A stretch of DNA of 32,000 nt from Candidatus Omnitrophota bacterium (GCA_963662715.1 OY759724.1:2790001-2822000); one strand, 5' to 3'. Positions 20,776 through 32,000 are shown, counted from the first letter of the stretch. The notes: generated by a model from the letters alone, not told the origin. Numbers and translations: made by a program.

Positions 20776-23115
20776 ATGATGAAATATTATGGCAAGTTTT
20801 ATGCTGTCCGGGCCGCGGTGATATCGCTGGCGCTGGTTTTGCTGCCGTCCGGGATGGTTTCCGCGGAAATCCTGCAGCTTAAATCCGGAAAAACAATCGA
20901 GGGTGTTGTTGTTGAAGAAACCAAAACATTCGTCCGGATAAGAACAAATGAAAACAGTTACAAGATCCCTTTAAAGCAGATTACGGAGCGGACGCCGAGT
21001 GAATATAAGCTTAATGAAGAGATTGTTATCCCGGAGAAGTCAGACCCGGCCTACCTGTTATGCCAGGTGAACAGGGAACGGCTGCAGCTGAAGGTCCACC
21101 AGATGGTCGAAGCCCAGCGGTACCCCGAAATTGAAAATATGGCCAGGGAATTCCGTTCGGCCAATACTGTCAATAAATACGGGGATTTTGAATTAAGAAT
21201 GCTTTATGAAGGGATTCACGACTCCTATCGTGACGGGGATGAACGGCTTATCAAGAAATATATCAAACGCTTCGAAGAATGGGGGGAAGAAGGCCCTGAT
21301 TCCATCACGCAAAAACTGGCCCTGGCCGATGCGTACATTGCCTTAGGCTGGGCTTACCGGGGGGAAGGGTATGCCATTACTGTCAGTGAGAAAGAATGGG
21401 AAAAGTTTTTTTCTGCCCTCACGAACGCCAATGAAATGATCATGGTGGCGGAAAATTTGCAGGTGGAGGACCCCCGGCTGTATGAATTGAAAATCACAGC
21501 GGGGAATGCCTTGGGGCTGCCGAAACTGGTCCTTTATGAAATGGCGGAAAAGGCCATGGCGGTCAATCCTGTTTACCCTTACCTTCATTACGCGATGAGT
21601 TCGGCTCTTTTACCCCGCTGGCGGGGAGATATTGGTGAAGTGGAGAAGTATGCCGAATGGGCGGCGGACCAGACCCGGGAGAAGGCCGGGGATCAGATGT
21701 ATGCCCTTATCGCTAATTTTGTGAGAAAGGACGTCGGGAACCAGGATTTCATCAAGTTCCGTTTTTCCTGGCCGCGGATCAAGAAAGGGTTTGAAGAAAG
21801 GCTGGAGCTTTACCCGTATAATTTTTATATATTAAATTCCTTCACCTGGTTTGCCTGTTATTCCAATGACAAGGACACGGCTCAGAAGCTGTTTAAGAAA
21901 ATAGGGGATAACTGGGATAAGCTGGCCGAATCAGCCTGGGGAAGCCGGGACGAGTTTGTCCATTGGAAGAAATGGGCTTTTGAGGAGGAGGAAGAGACAA
22001 AGCCCGAGCCGGCCGGGGATAAGGAGTTGAGGATTGCCATTTTAAACAAGGACGCTGAAGCCGTTAAAAAACTTCTGCCGCGTATAAAAGATATTAACGC
22101 ATTTGACGTTTATGGCGACACCCCTTTTCATTTGGCTGTCCGCAAGAGTTCGAAAGAAATCGTGGCTTTGTTGATCGAAGCCGGGGCGGATTTAAGGCTG
22201 GCCGGTAAGGACGGATACGAAGCCATCCAGATGGCCGCCTACAATCATGATATAGACTTGGTCAGGAATCTGATGCAGAACAACGTCCCGATCAATACCC
22301 CGCAGGGGTTCTTTTTCTGGACCCCGCTGCATATCGCCGCGGAGAAAAATTTCATAGAGCTTGCCAAATATCTTTTAACACTGGACAACGTCAAACTCAA
22401 CCTGCAGAATGTCCAGGAAATGACCCCGCTTTACGTGGCCGCGCAGGAAGGGAGCCTGGAGGTTGCCCAGCTTCTTTTGAACACGGCCGGGGTGGAGTTC
22501 AAGGCCAGAGAACAGGACGGTTTTACGCCTCTGCATGCGGCGGCTTCGCAGGGCCATTTGGCCATTGTGAAATTATTTACTGAAAAAGGCATTGATATTA
22601 ATATAGAGGAAAAAGGCGGGGAGACGGCCGCGGACCTGGCCAAAAAGAACGGGCATATGGAAATCTATGATTATCTTGTCAGGAAAGGGAGTAAGGTCCA
22701 TGACGATGTCTGCAGCCCTGCGGACAGAGCCGAGGCGGAAAGACGCCACGCAAAAGGCAACCAGTTCCTGAAAGAAGGCCAGACGCGGGAGGCGAAAGAA
22801 GAGTATATTAAGGCCGTCAAATACTGCGATGACATGCCCGTCACATATTATAATTTGTATCTTATCACCATGAACCGCGAAGAGAGTTTTACGCGGGCTT
22901 TGTATTTCATTAACAAGGCCATAGAACACGACCCTGATGAAGTGGAATATTATTATGAGCTTGGTCAGGTCTATATGAAGCTGCGGGACCCCCTGAAGGC
23001 TAAACAATATTTCCGGACGTTTATGGAGCGCTGTACGGTAGACGATCCCCGGATGATCAGGCTTATCGAAACGTTCCCCGATTTGAGACCCGCAGACCTT
23101 CCTCCTTCTTTTTGA
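20776..23115 (+). CDS. secreted multidomain protein: N-terminal helical (DUF4034-like?) region, about 6 ankyrin repeats, C-terminal TPR
   Basis: Signal peptide ...LLPSGMVSAEI. Ankyrin motifs: GDTPFHLAVRKSSKEIVALLIEAGADL, WTPLHIAAEKNFIELAKYLL, FTPLHAAASQGHLAIVKLFTEKGIDIN. TPR-like: YYYELGQVYMKLRDPLKAKQYF. Confidence 0.75.
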   Translation: MMKYYGKFYAVRAAVISLALVLLPSGMVSAEILQLKSGKTIEGVVVEETKTFVRIRTNENSYKIPLKQITERTPSEYKLNEEIVIPEKSDPAYLLCQVNRERLQLKVHQMVEAQRYPEIENMAREFRSANTVNKYGDFELRMLYEGIHDSYRDGDERLIKKYIKRFEEWGEEGPDSITQKLALADAYIALGWAYRGEGYAITVSEKEWEKFFSALTNANEMIMVAENLQVEDPRLYELKITAGNALGLPKLVLYEMAEKAMAVNPVYPYLHYAMSSALLPRWRGDIGEVEKYAEWAADQTREKAGDQMYALIANFVRKDVGNQDFIKFRFSWPRIKKGFEERLELYPYNFYILNSFTWFACYSNDKDTAQKLFKKIGDNWDKLAESAWGSRDEFVHWKKWAFEEEEETKPEPAGDKELRIAILNKDAEAVKKLLPRIKDINAFDVYGDTPFHLAVRKSSKEIVALLIEAGADLRLAGKDGYEAIQMAAYNHDIDLVRNLMQNNVPINTPQGFFFWTPLHIAAEKNFIELAKYLLTLDNVKLNLQNVQEMTPLYVAAQEGSLEVAQLLLNTAGVEFKAREQDGFTPLHAAASQGHLAIVKLFTEKGIDINIEEKGGETAADLAKKNGHMEIYDYLVRKGSKVHDDVCSPADRAEAERRHAKGNQFLKEGQTREAKEEYIKAVKYCDDMPVTYYNLYLITMNREESFTRALYFINKAIEHDPDEVEYYYELGQVYMKLRDPLKAKQYFRTFMERCTVDDPRMIRLIETFPDLRPADLPPSF

Positions 23116-23224
23116 GATGCATGACTCGACAAAAACCGATTCCCTTTTTATAATAATAAAATATATGCATGATATTTCTTCAATACGGGGATGAGGGCGT
23201 TTTCCCCCAATAAAGGAGTTGTCT

Positions 23225-24172
23225 ATGAGTCTTTCTGCTGATGAAGTGAGCCGTTTAATGACTTCCGTCGGTGATAACCTGTCGCTGGTTATTCATGGCA
23301 AAGAAGATAAGATTGAGCTGGTTGTCCTGGCTCTTGTCGCCGGGGGGCATGTGCTTATTGAGGACATCCCCGGAGTCGGCAAGACAACGCTGGCCAGGGC
23401 GCTCGCCAAAACCGTGGCCGGAAAGTTCAACCGCATCCAGTTTACCCCGGACTTGCTGCCGACAGATATTACGGGCATCAATATCTTCAATCAGCACGAC
23501 AGCAGTTTTTCGTTCAACCCCGGGCCGTTGTTCGCTCATATTTTATTGGGAGATGAAATCAACCGGGCTTCCCCCCGGACGCAGTCCGCCCTCCTGGAGG
23601 CGATGAGTGAAGAACAGGTCACGGTGGACGGCGTCAGCCACCGGCTTCCGTCCCCGTTCATTGTCCTGGCGACCCAGAATCCCATAGATTATCACGGGAC
23701 TTACCCGCTTCCTGAGGCGCAGCTGGACCGCTTTATGCTGCAGATCGACCTGGGCTACCCGCCGAAGGACAAGGAACGGTCTTTGCTGATCAACCGGACC
23801 CGCGAGGACCCGGTCGATGCCATCCATGCCATTTTATCCCTCGAATCGCTGCAGCAGCTGCGCGGCGCCGTTGACGCGGTCCGGATCGAGGATACTGTCA
23901 GCGAATACCTTTTAAAAATCGTCCTGGCGTCCCGCCAGCATCCCCAGCTCCGGCTGGGGGTTTCGACGAGAGGCACACTGCTTTACGGGCGTATCGTCCG
24001 GGCGCGGGCCCTTATGCGGGGGAGGGATTTTGTGCTTCCCGAGGACGTCAAGGACCTGGCTGTGCCTGTCCTCGCTCACCGTATTCTGCTTGACACAAAA
24101 GCGCAATACGGGGGCATCTCCCGGACGAATATCATATCGGATATTATCGCATCCATTAAAGTGCCAAGATAA
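23225..24172 (+). CDS. MoxR-family AAA+ ATPase
   Basis: Walker A EDIPGVGKTTLA, Walker B LLGDEINRASPRTQSALLEAM, VLATQNP. AAGGAG Shine-Dalgarno 6 nt upstream. Confidence 0.9.
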   Translation: MSLSADEVSRLMTSVGDNLSLVIHGKEDKIELVVLALVAGGHVLIEDIPGVGKTTLARALAKTVAGKFNRIQFTPDLLPTDITGINIFNQHDSSFSFNPGPLFAHILLGDEINRASPRTQSALLEAMSEEQVTVDGVSHRLPSPFIVLATQNPIDYHGTYPLPEAQLDRFMLQIDLGYPPKDKERSLLINRTREDPVDAIHAILSLESLQQLRGAVDAVRIEDTVSEYLLKIVLASRQHPQLRLGVSTRGTLLYGRIVRARALMRGRDFVLPEDVKDLAVPVLAHRILLDTKAQYGGISRTNIISDIIASIKVPR

Positions 24173-25416
24173 TGCCAAAACGGAAATATTCATTTTTTAT
24201 GCCGGCGGAAGACCACGCCTTTATTAAACGCGCGGTGGTTTATACCCGGATGTGGTTTACCGACGCCGGCCGTATTTTATGCGGGATTGCTTTTGTCGGG
24301 ATTATGATCGCTTCCCCCGGACTGCATATCTCCGCCTATCTGCTGCCCAGTTTTGTCACGACCCTGTTCCTGACCGCTTTCATTTTCGCTTTTTTCAGCA
24401 AGCCCCGCGTGGAGGTCAGGCGGCTTCTGCCCCCGCCGCCCTGCGCCGGAGAGTTTCTGTTTTATCAGGTCCTTGTCAAGAATACCGGGCGTCATCCGAT
24501 CAGGTATATGAATATCTGCGAGGACTCCCTTCCTTACGGGTTATATGACGCGCCGGACCATAAAGAGTTTGCCAGTACGGTTCCCTGGCTTGAGCCGGGC
24601 GAGACCGTGAGTATCAAGCTCATTACGCGGTGCAAATTCCGCGGCGTGTATGAACTCCCGCGGCTCCTGGTCGGCTCCAGTTTCCCTTCTGGCCTGCTCC
24701 GCTGGCCGGTCAGGGTGGGGCAGAAGGACCGGCTTATCGTTTATCCGAAGTTTATTTCCCAGACGGATTTTGTCGTCCCTTTCAAACGGGTCTATCAGCC
24801 GGGCGGCATCGCGGTCAGCTCGCATGTCGGCGACTCGAACGAGTTTTTGACAACCCGGGAGTACCGCCGGGGGGACAGGCTGAAAGACATTCACTGGGCC
24901 TCGTATGCTCACACGGGCAGGCTGATCGTTAAGGAATATGTCGATGAGTACTTTATCCGGGTGGGGCTGTTTCTGGATACAGAGCTTAAGAAAAGACAAA
25001 AACAGGAGAGTTTTGAAAAAAGGATTTCCGTGGTGGCCGGGATAGCGGACGCCATCGCGAAGAAGGATTATATCATTGACCTGTTTGCGGCCGGCGATGT
25101 CCTGCATCATTTCCAGATGGGGCGCGCCCTGGCTCATTTGGAAAATCTGCTGGAGCTTTTAGCCTGTATCGAAGATGTCCGCCAGGTGAATTTTAAAATG
25201 CTGGAGCAGAGCCTCAACCCGTTTTTAAAGAAACTGTCTTCAATGATCGTCCTGCTGGGGGATTGGGATGAAGCCAGGTCCGACCTGTGTCAGGCTATTG
25301 AATGCATGGGGACGAATATCAGGGTTATTGTCATCCGCGACCAGCCTTTGACCATGAATCCGGACCGGGAGCTGACGGTCGTGGCCTCGGAAGATTATGA
25401 GAGTTTGATCCGTTAA
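24172..25416 (+). CDS. DUF58 domain protein (MoxR partner, vWA-like)
   Basis: Signature TREYRRGDRLKDIHWASYAHTGRLIVKEY. N-terminal TM helices. 1-nt overlap (TAATG) with moxR. Confidence 0.85.
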   Translation: MPKRKYSFFMPAEDHAFIKRAVVYTRMWFTDAGRILCGIAFVGIMIASPGLHISAYLLPSFVTTLFLTAFIFAFFSKPRVEVRRLLPPPPCAGEFLFYQVLVKNTGRHPIRYMNICEDSLPYGLYDAPDHKEFASTVPWLEPGETVSIKLITRCKFRGVYELPRLLVGSSFPSGLLRWPVRVGQKDRLIVYPKFISQTDFVVPFKRVYQPGGIAVSSHVGDSNEFLTTREYRRGDRLKDIHWASYAHTGRLIVKEYVDEYFIRVGLFLDTELKKRQKQESFEKRISVVAGIADAIAKKDYIIDLFAAGDVLHHFQMGRALAHLENLLELLACIEDVRQVNFKMLEQSLNPFLKKLSSMIVLLGDWDEARSDLCQAIECMGTNIRVIVIRDQPLTMNPDRELTVVASEDYESLIR

Positions 25417-27419
25417 TGTTAACCAAAAGAGAACATACCGAAATATTTCTGACGCTGGTTTTTGCCTGGCTTGTTTACGCTGTCTGTCAGGGAGAGCTTA
25501 TTGTCCCGGCGCTGGCTTTCCTGTGTGTCCTGCCTTCGTACATCAAACAGATGTCCGGCCGGCCCACCCGCAGGTCAAGCATCCATATGTCCTGGCGGTC
25601 CCTCATCAGCATTTCCATCGTTGTCAGCGGCACCTGGCGCAATCTTTTCCCCTCGCCGGATAATGCGGTGTCTTTTATCCCGATTCTGGTCCCGGCTCTG
25701 CAGACCGCTTCAATCTTTGTCGCTATCCTGGCGTGGTTCCGTTTTGATTACAAGTGGCGCACGTACTACCTGAGGTTCCTGCCGTGGTTAACCGTCGCTT
25801 TATCCATCAACGTGCCTTTCACGGTGATCACTCAGTTTGTCTTCTGGTTTTATTGTTATATGAGTGTCGGGATCATGATCGGCCATTTATACTTTCCTGT
25901 CTCTCCGGATACAGCCGAGGCATTCAAACGTTCGAAATACAAAAGCCCTTTCCTTTATGCGTATCCTGTCTTCCTCGCCGTGATTGCTGTCGCCATCTTC
26001 TTTGTCATCGTGCAGAGCATTCATCTGGGGGACGATATCTTTATGCACCTTATCCAGAATTATGTGGGAAGGAGACATTTCAGTTTGTTTGACTCCACCC
26101 TGAACTTAAGCGGGTCCGGGAATTCCCGTAATGATGTCAGGCCGATCCTGGAAATAGACCGCACCGGCGGCCGGTCTCATTATCTTGTGGCCCAGATTTT
26201 CAAGGATTATCAAAACGGGGTATGGACCGCCGTGGAAGACCTGCCCACGGATCCGGTGTCGCGGGAATTCCTGCCCTCCCGGGACACCTTTGAGCTGGTG
26301 ATGTTCGAATATCTGGCAGATATTATCCCTGTCCCCCGGGGGGTGGCCGCTATGCACAGCAAAGGCACGGCCTACGTTCAGGACGCTAACGGGGTTGTTT
26401 ATAATGTCGATAAGAAAATCCCCAAAGCCGAACTTCAGCTCGGGGAAGTTTCCCCGGGGGCAAAAGTGGGCGGGGCTGACCGGCATGACTACACGGCTGT
26501 TTCGGACTTTTTGAGAAAGCATTTGAAAATAAGAAACGATTATCTTATCGGCCGGGAAAACGACCCGCTGCGGATTGCCAGGAAGATGGAGCATTTTTTC
26601 CGCACACAGTTTGAATATAACCTGTATGTCGATTTTGTGGCGGACGACAAAGGGTTGATTTATATGCTGGACTACCGGCGCCCGGCGTATTGTTCTTATT
26701 TCGCTTCGGCGATGACGCTTATGTTAAGGGAAAGGGGGATCCCGGCCCGTTTGGTCGCGGGCTTTCTGGCGACGGAAAAGTCCGCGTTTAGTGACGACAA
26801 GTATATTGTGCGCGGAAGAGACGCCCATGCCTGGGTGGAAGCCCTGATCCCGGTGCGGTCCGGCGGGGCAGGCCCGGATAAGGGGACGGCCCTCTATGAC
26901 TGGGTCCGTTTTGATCCCACGCCCCCGGATTCCCGGTTATCCGCCATAGACCGCTACAGTAAAATCAACAAAATAGCCGACTGGATATGGTGTTCTCAGA
27001 AGCGGTTGAAGGCGGCTATCCTGGATATTGAAACAAGGACTTTAGTGGCCCTTTTGTTTGCCATTGTTATCATGGTGGCGCTGGAAGAAATTTTCAAGAA
27101 ATTCTTGGGCCGTTTATTCAAAAGACATAAGGGGGACGAGGTCTGGACAGAGACCAGACTGAGCAGGAAACAGAATCCTTATGTGTGGGAGTATAAACGG
27201 CTGGAACATTTTTTAAAGACAAAATTTCATGTCGAACGGAAGGACAGCGAAACCGATACGGAGTTATTAACCCGTTTGCGCGGGCTGCCGGAGGTGCCCG
27301 GGAATGTTGTTTTAAAAATCGAGGCCTTTTTTATCAAGTATCATATGGCCCGGTTCGGTTTTAAAAAGGACGTGGATCTGACTCTTCTGCTCGAAGACAT
27401 CCTGCAGGGCCGGAAATGA
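25416..27419 (+). CDS. transglutaminase-like domain membrane protein
   Basis: Cys-His-Asp core: YCSYFASAMTLMLRERGIPARLVAGF, GRDAHAWVEA, FDPTP. Multiple N-terminal TM helices. TAATG overlap with the upstream gene. Confidence 0.85.
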   Translation: MLTKREHTEIFLTLVFAWLVYAVCQGELIVPALAFLCVLPSYIKQMSGRPTRRSSIHMSWRSLISISIVVSGTWRNLFPSPDNAVSFIPILVPALQTASIFVAILAWFRFDYKWRTYYLRFLPWLTVALSINVPFTVITQFVFWFYCYMSVGIMIGHLYFPVSPDTAEAFKRSKYKSPFLYAYPVFLAVIAVAIFFVIVQSIHLGDDIFMHLIQNYVGRRHFSLFDSTLNLSGSGNSRNDVRPILEIDRTGGRSHYLVAQIFKDYQNGVWTAVEDLPTDPVSREFLPSRDTFELVMFEYLADIIPVPRGVAAMHSKGTAYVQDANGVVYNVDKKIPKAELQLGEVSPGAKVGGADRHDYTAVSDFLRKHLKIRNDYLIGRENDPLRIARKMEHFFRTQFEYNLYVDFVADDKGLIYMLDYRRPAYCSYFASAMTLMLRERGIPARLVAGFLATEKSAFSDDKYIVRGRDAHAWVEALIPVRSGGAGPDKGTALYDWVRFDPTPPDSRLSAIDRYSKINKIADWIWCSQKRLKAAILDIETRTLVALLFAIVIMVALEEIFKKFLGRLFKRHKGDEVWTETRLSRKQNPYVWEYKRLEHFLKTKFHVERKDSETDTELLTRLRGLPEVPGNVVLKIEAFFIKYHMARFGFKKDVDLTLLLEDILQGRK

Positions 27420-27508
27420 AAAATTCCGCCCGGAATGGTGGTATCGTCTCCCCTTAAACAACGGGCTGACCGGCGTAGTTTCTTTCAGGGGGAGAGGTGT
27501 CGAATGGG

Positions 27509-27537
27509 TTGACTCGTATCTGACAATTCTATATAAT
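27509..27537 (+). promoter_or_regulatory. sigma70-type promoter upstream of acnA
   Basis: TTGACT, 17-nt spacer, TATAAT (consensus -10). It lies 50 nt before the ATG. Confidence 0.6.
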
Positions 27538-27587
27538 ACCCCGATTAAATTGGTAAAACTTATATATTTACAAGTAAGGATTTCATT

Positions 27588-30290
27588 ATGGATGTTTCCA
27601 AAAAAGATGCCTTTAAAACCATTTCCGTTAATAATAGAAAAATCGGCATTTATCATTTAGCCAAGATTCATAAATTGGGGCTGCCCAAACCGGAGGCCCT
27701 GCCGTATTCCATAAAAGTGCTTTTGGAAAATGCATTAAGGAACTGGGACAATTACCAGATCCAGTTTGCTGACATAGAGAAGCTGGCCCGTTGGCAGGGG
27801 AGCGGTTTGCCCAAAACAGACATCGCTTTTAAACCGGGGCGCGTGATCCTGCAGGATTTTACCGGAGTGCCTTGTGTCGTGGATTTGGCGGCCATGCGCT
27901 CGGCCATGAAACGTCTCGGGGGTGATTATAAAAAAATTAATCCGCAGGTGCCGTGCGATTTGGTGATCGACCACTCTTTACAGATTGACGCTTACGGCTC
28001 CGCCAAAGCCATTGCCACGAATATCCGGCAGGAGTTTAAACGGAACAAGGAGCGCTATGAATTCCTGAAATGGGGACAGCGTGTTTTTCAGAATTTCCGG
28101 GTTGTGCCGCCGTCGACCGGAATCATTCACCAGGTTAACCTGGAATATCTGGCGCAGGGCGTGCTTTTGAAAAAGGAAGAAAAAAGCCTTGTCGCTTATC
28201 CTGACAGCCTTATCGGAACGGACAGCCATACGACGATGATCAACGGTATCGGTGTCGTCGGCTGGGGCGTGGGCGGCATTGAAGCCGAGGCGGTGATGCT
28301 GGGTGAGCCGATTTATATGCTTTTACCGGAGGTCATCGGGTTTAAACTGACGGGCCGGCTGCCCAAGGGCGTTACGGCCACGGACATGGTCTTAACCATT
28401 ACGCAGGTGTTAAGAACCAAAGGCGTGGTCGGAAAATTTGTGGAATTTTTCGGCCCCAGCCTGAAACATTTAAGCCTGCCGGACAGGGCCACGATTTCCA
28501 ACATGGCTCCGGAATACGGCGCCACGATGGGGATCTTCCCGGTTGACGAGGAGACCCTGAGTTACTACCGTTTAACCGGACGGAAGAAAACCCAGGTCGA
28601 CTTGATCGAACGTTATATGAAAGAACAGGGGATGTTTTATCAGCCGCGCTCTGCTGTCCCTGATTACACCGAAGTGCTGGAATTGGATTTGTCGTCCGTG
28701 GAGCCGTCGCTGGCCGGGCCCAAGCGTCCGCAGGACCGGATCCCTTTGAAAGATATGCAGGGCTCTTTTCAGAAAGCTCTGAGTGCCCCTCTAAAAGAGC
28801 GGGGGTTTGAAGTGCCCGGTGAAGAGTTAAACGCGGGCGCTGTGCTTGCTGACCGGAGCGGGAACGCCCTTTCTCACGGCGCGGTGGTGATTGCTTCCAT
28901 CACGAGTTGTACGAACACGTCCAATCCGTCTGTGCTGATCTGTGCCGGGCTGCTGGCTCAGAAAGCCGTGGCGCAGGGCTTGAAAGTCCCGTCTTATGTC
29001 AAAACGAGTTTTGCTCCCGGCTCTCAGGCTGTGGAGGAATATTTGGCCACCTCGGGGCTGCTGCCCTTTTTTGAACAGCTGAATTTTCATATTGTCGGTT
29101 ACGGATGCGCGACCTGTATCGGAAACAGCGGGCCGGTCGCCGGGCCGGTCGCCAAGGCCATACAGGAGAATAACATTGTGGCCGCTGCCGTCTTAAGCGG
29201 GAACAGAAATTTTGAAGGGCGGGTCAGTCCTTTTACAAAAGCGAATTATCTGGCGAGCCCGCCGTTGGTTGTGGCCTATGCTTTGGCCGGGACAGTCAAT
29301 ATTGATTTTATGACACAGCCCGTGGGGCTTGACGCTAAAGGCGCGCCGGTCTTTTTGGAAGACTTGTGGCCTTCCCCGGAAGAGATCGAGGCGGTCTCCC
29401 AGAAACATGTTCATAGAAAAGCGTATGCCAAACGCTATAAGGATGTGTTCGGAGGCAATGCGGAATGGGAAAAGATCAAGGTCCCGCAGGGTGAGCTTTT
29501 TAAATGGAAGACCCAAAGCACCTATATTCAGGAGCCGCCTTTTTTTGCGCATATGACAAAAGAGCCGGGGACGATTCAGCCTGTGTCCGGGGCAAGGGTT
29601 CTCGTCAAGGTCGGGGACTCGATCACGACCGACCATATTTCCCCGGCGGGAGCCATTGCCGTCAACAGCCCGGCCGGGAAATATTTGATTGAACAGGGCG
29701 TTGATCCTGCGCATTTTAACAGTTACGGGTCGCGCCGGGGCAATGACAAAGTTATGGTCCGGGGGACGTTCGCCAATATCCGGTTGCGGAATCAGCTGGC
29801 TCCGGGAACCGAGGGGTCCTGGACGATTCATTTCCCGACCCAGGAGAAAATGAGCATTTACGATGCTGCCCGGCTTTATCATTATGATCAGATACCGCTG
29901 CTGGTTTTGGCCGGGAAAGAATACGGGACAGGTTCCAGCCGGGACTGGGCGGCAAAAGGTACGGCCCTGCTGGGGGTGCGGATTGTGATAGCGCAGAGTT
30001 TTGAACGCATCCACCGCAGTAATCTGGCAGGCATGGGGCTGCTTCCTCTGGAATTTTCTCCCGGAGATTCGGCCGAATCCCTGGGCCTGACCGGAGAAGA
30101 AGTTTTTGACTTCCCGAATCTGAACGAGCAAATACAGCCGGGAGCAGCTGTTGTCGTCCGGGCGCAAAAAAAAGACGGAACCGTTCAGGAGTTCTCCTGC
30201 ATCTGCCGGCTGGATACTCCTGTGGAGATCGACTATTACCGTCATGGAGGGGTTCTGCAGACTGTTCTGCGGAAACTGTTGCTTAAGTGA
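27588..30290 (+). CDS. acnA: aconitate hydratase A
   Basis: 900 aa. Fe-S ligand motifs [13 protein letters not shown] and [23 protein letters not shown]. The C-terminal swivel domain has [10 protein letters not shown]. Confidence 0.95.
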   Translation: MDVSKKDAFKTISVNNRKIGIYHLAKIHKLGLPKPEALPYSIKVLLENALRNWDNYQIQFADIEKLARWQGSGLPKTDIAFKPGRVILQDFTGVPCVVDLAAMRSAMKRLGGDYKKINPQVPCDLVIDHSLQIDAYGSAKAIATNIRQEFKRNKERYEFLKWGQRVFQNFRVVPPSTGIIHQVNLEYLAQGVLLKKEEKSLVAYPDSLIGTDSHTTMINGIGVVGWGVGGIEAEAVMLGEPIYMLLPEVIGFKLTGRLPKGVTATDMVLTITQVLRTKGVVGKFVEFFGPSLKHLSLPDRATISNMAPEYGATMGIFPVDEETLSYYRLTGRKKTQVDLIERYMKEQGMFYQPRSAVPDYTEVLELDLSSVEPSLAGPKRPQDRIPLKDMQGSFQKALSAPLKERGFEVPGEELNAGAVLADRSGNALSHGAVVIASITSCTNTSNPSVLICAGLLAQKAVAQGLKVPSYVKTSFAPGSQAVEEYLATSGLLPFFEQLNFHIVGYGCATCIGNSGPVAGPVAKAIQENNIVAAAVLSGNRNFEGRVSPFTKANYLASPPLVVAYALAGTVNIDFMTQPVGLDAKGAPVFLEDLWPSPEEIEAVSQKHVHRKAYAKRYKDVFGGNAEWEKIKVPQGELFKWKTQSTYIQEPPFFAHMTKEPGTIQPVSGARVLVKVGDSITTDHISPAGAIAVNSPAGKYLIEQGVDPAHFNSYGSRRGNDKVMVRGTFANIRLRNQLAPGTEGSWTIHFPTQEKMSIYDAARLYHYDQIPLLVLAGKEYGTGSSRDWAAKGTALLGVRIVIAQSFERIHRSNLAGMGLLPLEFSPGDSAESLGLTGEEVFDFPNLNEQIQPGAAVVVRAQKKDGTVQEFSCICRLDTPVEIDYYRHGGVLQTVLRKLLLK

Positions 30291-30301
30291 TGAATGCGCC
30301 G

Positions 30302-30330
30302 TTGACATTTTTTGTTTTGTTACTTAATAT
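30302..30330 (+). promoter_or_regulatory. sigma70-type promoter upstream of leuC
   Basis: TTGACA, 17-nt spacer, TAATAT. AAGGAG Shine-Dalgarno at 30366-30371. Confidence 0.55.
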
Positions 30331-30376
30331 TATGTAGAAATATAAGGTGTTAATTTAGGTTAGGTAAGGAGAAGAT

Positions 30377-31780
30377 ATGCCAAAGACATTATACGATAAG
30401 ATATGGGAAAAACATCTGGTGCATGAGAGCCAGGAAGACACGTCGGTCATCTATGTCGACCGCCAGCTTGTGCATGAAGTCACCAGCCCTCAGGCTTTTG
30501 AAGGGTTGAGGCTGTCGGAACGGAAAGTGCGCTGTCCGCATAAAACCTTTGCCACCATGGACCACAATGTTTCGACCCGCACGCAGGACTGGTCAAAAGT
30601 CGAGGATACGTCCAGAATTCAGATGGAAACCCTGAAAAAGAACTGTGAGGAGTTCGGTGTCCGGCTTTATGAATTCGGCAGCCAGGACCAGGGGATCGTG
30701 CATGTCATCGGCCCGGAAAAAGGGATCACGCAGCCGGGGATGGTCATTGTCTGCGGTGATTCCCATACCGCGACGCACGGCGCTTTCGGCGCGTTGGCTT
30801 TCGGGATCGGAACCTCTGAAGTGGAGCATGTGCTGGCGACCCAGACCCTGCAGCAGAACAAATCAAAGTCCATGCTGATCAAGGTTGACGGGGTTTTGGC
30901 TGAAGGCGTCACAGCGAAAGATATCATTTTATATATTATCGGGCAGATCGGTACGGACGGAGCCACCGGTTATGTCATTGAATATGCGGGAACCGCGATT
31001 GAGAGCCTTTCGATGGAAGGGCGGATGACGATTTGTAATATGAGCATTGAAGCCGGAGGCCGGGCCGGGATGATCGCGCCGGATGAGAAAACGTTCGAGT
31101 TTTTGAAAGGACGGGATTTTGCCCCGAAGGATAAGGATTGGGACAGGGCCGTGGCTTATTGGCAGACGCTTAAAACAGATCCCGGCGCCGCGTTTGACCG
31201 CCTCATCGAGATTGACGCAGCAGCGATCAAGCCGCAGGTGACCTGGGGAACCAGCCCGGGCCAGGTCGTTTCCATTGATGATGTTGTTCCTGACCCGGAA
31301 GGCATGACAGATCCGGTCAAAAAAACAACGGCGAAGAACGCCTTAAGGTACATGGATCTTCAGCCTTTAACGCCGATAAAAGGCCTTGAGATCACCAAAG
31401 TGTTTATCGGCTCTTGCACGAACGGAAGAATAGAGGATTTGCGTGCCGCAGCGGAAGTGGTCAAAGGCAAGAAGGTGCATCCTCAGGTCGAAGCGATCGT
31501 CGTGCCGGGGTCCGAACGTGTGCGCCTGCAGGCCGAGGAGGAAGGCCTGCAGAAAATATTCCTGGACGCCGGTCTGCAGTGGCGTTTTTCCGGATGCTCG
31601 ATGTGTCTGGGCATGAACGATGATCAGCTGAAGCCGGGGGAACGGTGTGCGTCAACGAGCAACCGTAATTTTGAAGGGCGGCAGGGGCCGGGCGGCCGGA
31701 CGCATTTGATGTCCGTACAGATGGCGGCGCTTGCGGCTTTAAAAGGGCATCTGGCGGATGTCCGGGAAAATATTTCTTAA
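30377..31780 (+). CDS. leuC: 3-isopropylmalate dehydratase large subunit
   Basis: The N-terminus [13 protein letters not shown]...[20 protein letters not shown]...[14 protein letters not shown] is close to E. coli LeuC. Also GDSHT and CSMCLGMN. Confidence 0.95.
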   Translation: MPKTLYDKIWEKHLVHESQEDTSVIYVDRQLVHEVTSPQAFEGLRLSERKVRCPHKTFATMDHNVSTRTQDWSKVEDTSRIQMETLKKNCEEFGVRLYEFGSQDQGIVHVIGPEKGITQPGMVIVCGDSHTATHGAFGALAFGIGTSEVEHVLATQTLQQNKSKSMLIKVDGVLAEGVTAKDIILYIIGQIGTDGATGYVIEYAGTAIESLSMEGRMTICNMSIEAGGRAGMIAPDEKTFEFLKGRDFAPKDKDWDRAVAYWQTLKTDPGAAFDRLIEIDAAAIKPQVTWGTSPGQVVSIDDVVPDPEGMTDPVKKTTAKNALRYMDLQPLTPIKGLEITKVFIGSCTNGRIEDLRAAAEVVKGKKVHPQVEAIVVPGSERVRLQAEEEGLQKIFLDAGLQWRFSGCSMCLGMNDDQLKPGERCASTSNRNFEGRQGPGGRTHLMSVQMAALAALKGHLADVRENIS

Positions 31781-31794
31781 AAGAGAGGTCGATT

Positions 31795-32000
31795 ATGAAA
31801 CCGTTTATTCAACATCAAGGTGTTGTTGTCCCGTTGGACAGGGCCAATGTCGATACAGATGCGATTGTTCCCAAACAGTTTTTACGTAAAATTGAGCGCA
31901 CGGGTTTTGGACAACATCTGTTTCATGAATGGCGCTATAAGGATTATGAAGGCACAGAACCCAACCCTGATTTTGTCCTGAATAAAAATGAATACCGTCA
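31795..32000 (+). CDS. leuD: 3-isopropylmalate dehydratase small subunit (5' part; runs off the window)
   Basis: [48 protein letters not shown] compares with E. coli LeuD ..[33 protein letters not shown]. Confidence 0.9.
   Translation, partial: MKPFIQHQGVVVPLDRANVDTDAIVPKQFLRKIERTGFGQHLFHEWRYKDYEGTEPNPDFVLNKNEYR

Noticed and set aside
29193-30308. 371-aa ORF on the minus strand
   Set aside because: It lies entirely antisense to acnA, whose identity is unambiguous. The translation is Arg/Pro/Gly-rich with no motifs, as is typical of a shadow ORF in a GC-richer gene.
27588-32000. acnA adjacent to leuCD as a possible unusual pathway cluster
   Set aside because: Each gene has its own near-consensus promoter and a canonical sequence. 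The adjacency of two aconitase-superfamily loci is most simply coincidental housekeeping synteny.

Overview
This 32-kb window comes from an unidentified, probably diderm, bacterium. All family calls are by-eye motif recognition; no searches were run.

**nt 1-19.2 kb: accessory island**
- A tightly packed operon of exported Ig-like, FlgD-Ig-like and TolB-like proteins leads into a 1342-aa Rhs/YD-repeat polymorphic toxin (2459-6487) with a small membrane immunity gene.
- Five orphan toxin-tip plus immunity cassettes follow. The array has two nested recombination junctions. One is the classical Rhs PxxxxDPxG[L/S] junction. The other, ...LRAAKARG, lies behind a shared hydrophobic pre-toxin module that carries three different toxin tips.
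- The array also has conserved cassette-end repeats. It has been cut by three IS types: IS1182-family, an IS407-like IS3-family element, and two identical 1150-bp IS3-family copies with intact 4-bp target duplications.
- One immunity protein (13789-14085) resembles EF-Tu domain III. I consider this the best lead.
- The island ends with an IS-disrupted Y1 (IS200/RayT-like) transposase remnant, an AT-rich hypothetical gene, and a RelE-like/HTH toxin-antitoxin pair whose toxin is frameshifted in an A7 run.

**nt 19.2-32 kb: ordinary chromosome**
- It encodes a GT39/ArnT-like glycosyltransferase, a secreted ankyrin+TPR protein, a MoxR-DUF58-transglutaminase operon, aconitase A, leuC and the start of leuD.
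- Near-consensus sigma70-type promoters lie upstream of acnA and leuC.
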